Assembly: GCA_963666425.2 (NCBI GenBank)
Contig: OY762825.2
Location: 832,001-896,000 of the forward strand
Direction of reading: 5' to 3'
Source of the DNA: Bacillota bacterium
GTDB taxonomy: Bacteria; Bacillota; JAAYKD01
Length of the DNA: 64,000 nucleotides
Position numbers and translations under genes: made by a program. A model generated the notes under the pieces. It was not told the DNA's origin. It did not search any database and saw nothing but the letters and a program-made list of their open reading frames with translations. Of the stretch, positions 58,634 to 64,000 are shown piece by piece (position 1 is the first letter of the stretch; each line of letters opens with the position of its first letter).

Positions 58634-58897
58634 CTATTTATCCAACAATCTGAAAACGAGAATAGAAATCAAGAGCCCGATCAATGAACCCAAATTGAAG
58701 CGGATCATGAATTGCAGGCTCAAATCAAACAAAGCGCTTGTTAAAATAAAAGGCTGCACATTGCCGATTTCCAAACCAAGGCGCGCCAATGGCAGCCAAT
58801 TTCCTATGAAGTCGCCCAGTAAACCACCAATCAACAAGCCAAGGAAGATCGCTAAAACCAACCACCAACGTGAGATCCTACGTTTCGATCTGAACAT
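58634..58897 (-). CDS. Small membrane protein (DUF4321-like)
   Basis: GLLIGGLLG...N.GSLIG; typical position upstream of maf. Confidence 0.7.
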   Translation of the reverse strand: MFRSKRRISRWWLVLAIFLGLLIGGLLGDFIGNWLPLARLGLEIGNVQPFILTSALFDLSLQFMIRFNLGSLIGLLISILVFRLLDK

Positions 58898-59155
58898 AAA
58901 GCTCCCCCTAATCACTTCGTTCTGCTGCTTCAGCGGATTCTGATTAAAAAAAACCACCGACTAACAAATACACTGATGCAAAGGATGTATTTCATTTTAT
59001 CATTAAACCGTCCCTTTTACAACAGCTTTCCTCTTTGAGATATGAACTTTTTTCGTCTTTCTTTTGACTGTCACGCAGGATTTCACTGCATTTTGAGCGA
59101 AAATAGTGTGAATCGTATACAAATGAAGTATACAAAAACGAAGGAGGTTTCGCTT

Positions 59156-61204
59156 GTGATGGATAAAATGACAATCCAAGACGTCTTATCCGTGAAATAT
59201 CTAACCGGATTGCCCAAATGGTCAGACGACGGACAATGGCTGCTCTACAAATGGAACGACGGCGGAGTGCATGATCTTTGGCTGATCAATCTTGAGACAG
59301 AACAGACTGTTCAGCTGACTCATGCCAAATCCGGTGTTTCCGATTTCTCCTGGCGTCCCCACCGCCATGAACTCGCTTATGTCATGGACGGTGCTCTCTA
59401 TCGGATGCAGATCGATCCGCTGGCTGCTGCACAGCAGCTGACCTGGCAAGGCGGTATCATGGGATGCCTTGCCTTCAGCCCCAACGGCGAATGGCTGGCT
59501 TTTACCGATACGAAAACACTGATGTTCTTACAGATGGACAGCGGTTTACGCAAAGATCTCAAACCGCTGGGCGATGTTTTTGCCGGCCGTTTCAGCCAGA
59601 CAGTGCATCAAGATTCTTTTTGTTGGAACCCCGACGGCAGTATGTTTCTCTATACCTGGGTGGATGCCGCTAAAAAACCATGGCTGGCGATCTCTACTCT
59701 GGAAGAAGGCAATATCTGGCGTTCTGCCGGGCACAGTAAAATGATCAGCTCCGGCGAATGGCTGACCAATGACAGCTTTATTTTCCTGTTGAACGGTGCT
59801 TTTGGTGCGGAATACTGCTCTTATCATGTCACAATACCGGCTCGGGAAACCTGGAAAAACTATGCTCAGCTTGGCATCGTTTCGCGTTTTACGCCTCAGG
59901 TTGAAGTGATTACCAGTCACCAGGATTTGGAACGCAGCTGCAATTTTCAATACATGACAGTGGTTCGTCCCGGTGGGCAGGACTTGCTGCTGGCTTTGGA
60001 GCTGGACGGTTATCTGCATCATTACCTCTACTCCCTCACTGCCAAAACTTTGACTCAGCTCACGTTTGGCCATTGTGAAGATCTCGGTCAAGCGGGGGAT
60101 CGAGCCGATTGGTCTCCGGACGGCAGGTATTTCCTGTATGCCAGCAACCGCAGCCAACGGATCGAACGGCAAATCTGGTGCTACGATACCCTCACCAACA
60201 GCGAGCAGCAACTGACGCATCTGCCGGTCAGCAATCTCGCACCGATTTTTGCCCCCGATGGCCAATCCTTTGTCTATACACACTGTGACAAACGCCGTAA
60301 TGGAGATTTGTGGCTATATGATCTCGCGAGCGGTCAAAGCCGACAATTGACCCATTCGATGCCGGCAGGCCTGGCCGAGAAAATGGTGGAAAGCGAAACA
60401 ATTCAATATACCGGCGCAGAAGGATGGCTGCTCGACGCCTTTCTCTTCAAACCGGTCGATTTTGATCCGCAGAAGAAATATCCTGCTATCGTCTGGGTGC
60501 ATGGCGGTCCCATGCGTCAGATGCGGGGAAGCTGGCATCCGTCTGCAACCTATGCTCATTTTTACGCCTTCAATCAATATTTAGCCAATCAAGGTTACGT
60601 TGTGCTGTCTCCTAATTTCAGAGGCGGGATCGGTTACGGACGTGATTTCCGACATGGGCTCTGGCAAAAGAAAGGCATCGATGATACGATCGATATCGTC
60701 AACGGCGGCCGCTACTTGCAGCAGCTGGATTTCGTCGATGCAGCCAAGGTGGCTGTATATGGCTTGAGTTACGGCGGTTATATGACCCTGCATGCTCTGA
60801 CGCAGTATCCGGATGTCTTTGCCTGTGGGATCAATCTGGCCGGTTTATGGGACATTGCGCAATGGGGCCGTTGGATGCGGGCAGAATACGGCAATTATGA
60901 CGGTGATTCTTATTTTATGGGCGATATGGAATTGCATCCGGAATTATGGGCGCTCGGTTCCCCCTGCACCTATAAGCATAGACTCAGCAAACCTCTGCTC
61001 AGTCTGCAAGGTACGGCTGATTTAAATGTTGATATCACTCAACAGGATAAACTGGTCCGTGATTGTGTTGCTTTGGGTCGCGGTGAGGCTTTCCAGGCCA
61101 TCTACTACCCCGGTGAAAGCCATACCTTCCGCTACCGCAAGACCTGGTTGGATGCCCTGCCGCGGATGGCGAAATTTTTCGAACAATATTTAAAGAATGA
61201 ATAA
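59156..61204 (+). CDS. S9 family (prolyl oligopeptidase/acylaminoacyl peptidase) with beta-propeller
   Basis: PD40-like WSPDG repeats; VHGGP; GLSYGG; QGTAD; ESH; AAGGAGG RBS. Confidence 0.93.
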   Translation: MMDKMTIQDVLSVKYLTGLPKWSDDGQWLLYKWNDGGVHDLWLINLETEQTVQLTHAKSGVSDFSWRPHRHELAYVMDGALYRMQIDPLAAAQQLTWQGGIMGCLAFSPNGEWLAFTDTKTLMFLQMDSGLRKDLKPLGDVFAGRFSQTVHQDSFCWNPDGSMFLYTWVDAAKKPWLAISTLEEGNIWRSAGHSKMISSGEWLTNDSFIFLLNGAFGAEYCSYHVTIPARETWKNYAQLGIVSRFTPQVEVITSHQDLERSCNFQYMTVVRPGGQDLLLALELDGYLHHYLYSLTAKTLTQLTFGHCEDLGQAGDRADWSPDGRYFLYASNRSQRIERQIWCYDTLTNSEQQLTHLPVSNLAPIFAPDGQSFVYTHCDKRRNGDLWLYDLASGQSRQLTHSMPAGLAEKMVESETIQYTGAEGWLLDAFLFKPVDFDPQKKYPAIVWVHGGPMRQMRGSWHPSATYAHFYAFNQYLANQGYVVLSPNFRGGIGYGRDFRHGLWQKKGIDDTIDIVNGGRYLQQLDFVDAAKVAVYGLSYGGYMTLHALTQYPDVFACGINLAGLWDIAQWGRWMRAEYGNYDGDSYFMGDMELHPELWALGSPCTYKHRLSKPLLSLQGTADLNVDITQQDKLVRDCVALGRGEAFQAIYYPGESHTFRYRKTWLDALPRMAKFFEQYLKNE

Positions 61205-61214
61205 AGGAGTCAGC

Positions 61215-63260
61215 ATGCAGCCGATCACAATAGCAGATATCTTAGCGGTGAAATATCTGATCGGAGCGCCGCTCTGGTCAGACGACGGCAATTATCTGAT
61301 TTACCGATGGAACGATGGTGGAATTCATGATCTTTGGTGTCTAAAACCAGCCGCCAAAACGCCGCCGCTGCAGATTACTCAGGCCAAAACAGGTGTCTCA
61401 GCCCTACTCTGGCGTCCGGGCACACATCAAGTAGCCCTGGTCATGGACGCTTCGCTTTATCTTTTGGAGATTGACTCACCGCAGAAGATGCGGCGGCTGA
61501 CCTATGAAGGAGGCATCATGAGCCGTCTGGCCTTTAGTCCGGATGGCAAGTGGCTGAGCTTTACCAACGGGAAAACGCTCTCTTTTCTCAATTTAGAAAA
61601 CGAGACACGTCATGACATCAAACCACTGGGAGAGGTGCACGGCGGCCGCTTCAGTCAAACTGTTTCCGGTGACGCTTTCGCTTGGAATCCAGCCGGAGAT
61701 TTGTTCCTTTATACTTGGGTCGATGCCAGGAAGAAACCATGGCTGGCTCTTTGTACTCCGGAAGAAGGCAACATCTGGCGTTCTGCCGGTCATACGGAAC
61801 AGATCAGCAGCGCCCAATGGCTGACTTCTGATCAACTGATCTATGTGCTCAGTGCGCCGTTCGGCGCCGCCTACACCTATTATCGTATGACGGTTCCCAA
61901 GCGTGCTGATTGGCAGGATTATTCCGATCTTGGTATCGTTTCTCGCTTTTCACCGCAGCTGGAAGTCATCCTGCAGCAGGAAGACAAAGAAAAAAGCTGC
62001 AGCTTTCAGCACATGGCCGTTGTCCAACCCGGCGGCCGCGCCATCCTGTTTGCTTTGGAAAACGATGGTTATTATCATCATTATCTCTATACAACAGCCG
62101 AACACCGCTTAGAGCAACTCACCTTCGGTGAGTGCGAAGACAGCGGACAATCCGGCGAACAGGCAGTCTGGTCAGCGGACGGTCAGCGTTTCTTATATGC
62201 CAGCAACCGAAATGACCGCCTGCAGCGACAGATTTGGTGCTACGATTTGGCTGCCCGCCGGCAGACATCACTGACCAGCACAGCAACCAGCAATGTCTCA
62301 CCTTTTTATGCGCCGGATGGACAAAGCTTTGTTTACAGCCACAGCGATCAACAAAACAATGCCGATCTTTGGCTTTACGATTTCGTCAGTCAAAGCAGCC
62401 GTCCATTGACCGATTCTATGCCGACCGGCTTGCGGGAGAAGCTGGTTTGCGCTCAGCCCATCCACTATACCAGCGCAGAAGATTGGCAGATCGACGGTTT
62501 TCTTTATCAGCCGCTGGATTTTGATCCCACCAAAAAATATCCGGCCATTGTCTGGCTGCACGGCGGTCCGGCGCGCCAAATGCGCGGCGCCTGGCATCCT
62601 TCCGGTACCTATGCTCATTTTTATGCGTTCAATCAATATTTGGCAGGACAGGGTTATATCGTGCTTTCGATCAATTACCGGGGCGGCATTGGCTACGGCC
62701 GCGCATTCCGACATGGACTCTGGCATCAAAAAGGCCTGCATGATACCCTTGATGTGATCAATGGCGGCAAATTTCTGCAGTCTCTGCCCTATATAGAGCA
62801 AGAAAAAGTAGCCGTCTATGGCCTAAGCTATGGCGGCTACCTCACGCTGCTGGCGATGACCCAATATCCCGATGTATTCGCCTGCGGGATCAATCTGGCA
62901 GGGTTATGGGATCTGGGTATCAAAGATCGCTGGATGGAAGAAAAATACGGTAATTATCACGGTGATATCTATCTCGGCGGAGCGATGGAAGCAAATCCAG
63001 CCATGTGGGCGAAAGCTTCTCCCAACACCTATCGAGCCAACCTTACTAAACCGCTGCTCAGCCTGCAAGGCACAGCAGATCTCAATGTAACGATCGAACA
63101 TCAAAATCAACTGGTCAAGGACTGCGTGGCACTCGGGCGCGGTGCAGCGTTCGAAGCGGTTTATTATCCCGGCGAGAGCCATACCTTCCGCTATCGTCAG
63201 ACCTGGCAGGATGCATTTCCGCGCATGGCAGCCTTTTTCAAGCAACATCTGCAAGACTAG
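61215..63260 (+). CDS. S9 family peptidase, tandem paralog
   Basis: Colinear with the upstream gene; LHGGP, GLSYGG, QGTAD, ESH. Confidence 0.93.
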   Translation: MQPITIADILAVKYLIGAPLWSDDGNYLIYRWNDGGIHDLWCLKPAAKTPPLQITQAKTGVSALLWRPGTHQVALVMDASLYLLEIDSPQKMRRLTYEGGIMSRLAFSPDGKWLSFTNGKTLSFLNLENETRHDIKPLGEVHGGRFSQTVSGDAFAWNPAGDLFLYTWVDARKKPWLALCTPEEGNIWRSAGHTEQISSAQWLTSDQLIYVLSAPFGAAYTYYRMTVPKRADWQDYSDLGIVSRFSPQLEVILQQEDKEKSCSFQHMAVVQPGGRAILFALENDGYYHHYLYTTAEHRLEQLTFGECEDSGQSGEQAVWSADGQRFLYASNRNDRLQRQIWCYDLAARRQTSLTSTATSNVSPFYAPDGQSFVYSHSDQQNNADLWLYDFVSQSSRPLTDSMPTGLREKLVCAQPIHYTSAEDWQIDGFLYQPLDFDPTKKYPAIVWLHGGPARQMRGAWHPSGTYAHFYAFNQYLAGQGYIVLSINYRGGIGYGRAFRHGLWHQKGLHDTLDVINGGKFLQSLPYIEQEKVAVYGLSYGGYLTLLAMTQYPDVFACGINLAGLWDLGIKDRWMEEKYGNYHGDIYLGGAMEANPAMWAKASPNTYRANLTKPLLSLQGTADLNVTIEHQNQLVKDCVALGRGAAFEAVYYPGESHTFRYRQTWQDAFPRMAAFFKQHLQD

Positions 63261-63808
63261 ACCAGGGTGGTACCCAACAATTGCAAAGACGCCAGCAAAG
63301 CCTGATTTCCAGCCACTTCGCCTAGATCATAGGCAGAAATATTCTTGGTAAACAGATGGCACCAATGCAGATACTCGCAAATGCAGGCGATTTGTCCGCT
63401 GATCAGGTTATATTCCGGATCATCCAGAGCGGCTCCGCCGACGGTCACCAGACCGACCGTCTTTTGACCGGCGGTTCTGAAAGCGCTGTTGCGGCAATAA
63501 AATTTATCGATTACCGTCTTCAATTGGGCGGTCAATCCCCAGTAATAGACTGGGCTGCCCAAAAGCAGCAGATCGGCATCCGTGATCTTTTGCATGATTT
63601 GATTGGTTTCATCGGGCAGTACACAACTGCCGCCGTTTGTTTTACAGGTATTACAAGCAATACAGCCTTTGATATTCCATTGGGCCACATTGCAGAATTC
63701 AATTTCGGCTTCGGCTGATTTCTCCAGGATCCCCTGCTGAATGGCTTTTAAAGCTGAAGCAGTATTGCCATTGAGCCTGGGACTGCCATTTAAAATTAGA
63801 ACCTTCAT
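63257..63808 (-). CDS. Flavodoxin-like iron-sulfur flavoprotein / FMN reductase family
   Basis: NGSPR..GNT; CIACNTC......C; GSPVYY. Confidence 0.88.
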   Translation of the reverse strand: MKVLILNGSPRLNGNTASALKAIQQGILEKSAEAEIEFCNVAQWNIKGCIACNTCKTNGGSCVLPDETNQIMQKITDADLLLLGSPVYYWGLTAQLKTVIDKFYCRNSAFRTAGQKTVGLVTVGGAALDDPEYNLISGQIACICEYLHWCHLFTKNISAYDLGEVAGNQALLASLQLLGTTLV

Positions 63809-63856
63809 CAATATAACCTCCCTCAATCCAGTATCAATTCAAAAGAATCAACCGAC

Positions 63857-63889
63857 AAAATCACACTCTTTTTTTAAGAGTGTGATTTT
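63857..63889. terminator. Hairpin upstream of the flavoprotein gene
   Basis: AAAATCACACTCTT / AAGAGTGTGATTTT. Confidence 0.6.
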
Positions 63890-64000
63890 TTTGAAAAAAT
63901 TGTTCACACGAAAAAAGGCAAAGTCCGGTAACCTGATTAAGCCCATCCCTCCAAATCGTTTGGATCTTTCACATCCAACAACAAATTCGAGTAATCCCAA

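Overview
Firmicute (Bacillota) chromosome window, judged from L27 with a Prp-cleaved N-terminal extension, SLH domains and a clostridial-type ferredoxin. It has two halves. The left part (1-~35.6 kb) is a more AT-rich accessory region full of IS elements and pseudogenes, abutting the 3' end of tRNA-Leu(TAG). It holds TetR and PadR modules, two giant Ig-repeat surface proteins with a MASE3/PAS kinase and AraC-type response regulator, a lipid/isoprenoid-type oxidoreductase operon, and IS3, IS110, IS21 and IS1182 copies or remnants. It also holds a candidate RiPP cluster: ABC exporter, radical SAM/SPASM maturase, 75-aa Cys-rich precursor and a degenerate S41-like protein. The right part (35.7-64 kb) is mostly core genome: feoAB, ferredoxin, malic enzyme, rsfS-LCP-yqeK-yhbY-obgE-rpmA-prp-rplU, a radical SAM pair, rodA-minD-mrdA-mreD-mreC-radC-maf, and tandem S9 peptidases. 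The best candidate for a new system is the thioether-type RiPP locus, whose precursor ORF is enclosed by a ~23-bp long-range RNA stem and whose promoter is followed by a long structured RNA. The second is a surface protein whose tandem Ig-like repeats carry two hypervariable, CDR-like loops. All calls come from reading the sequence and motifs; no database searches were run.
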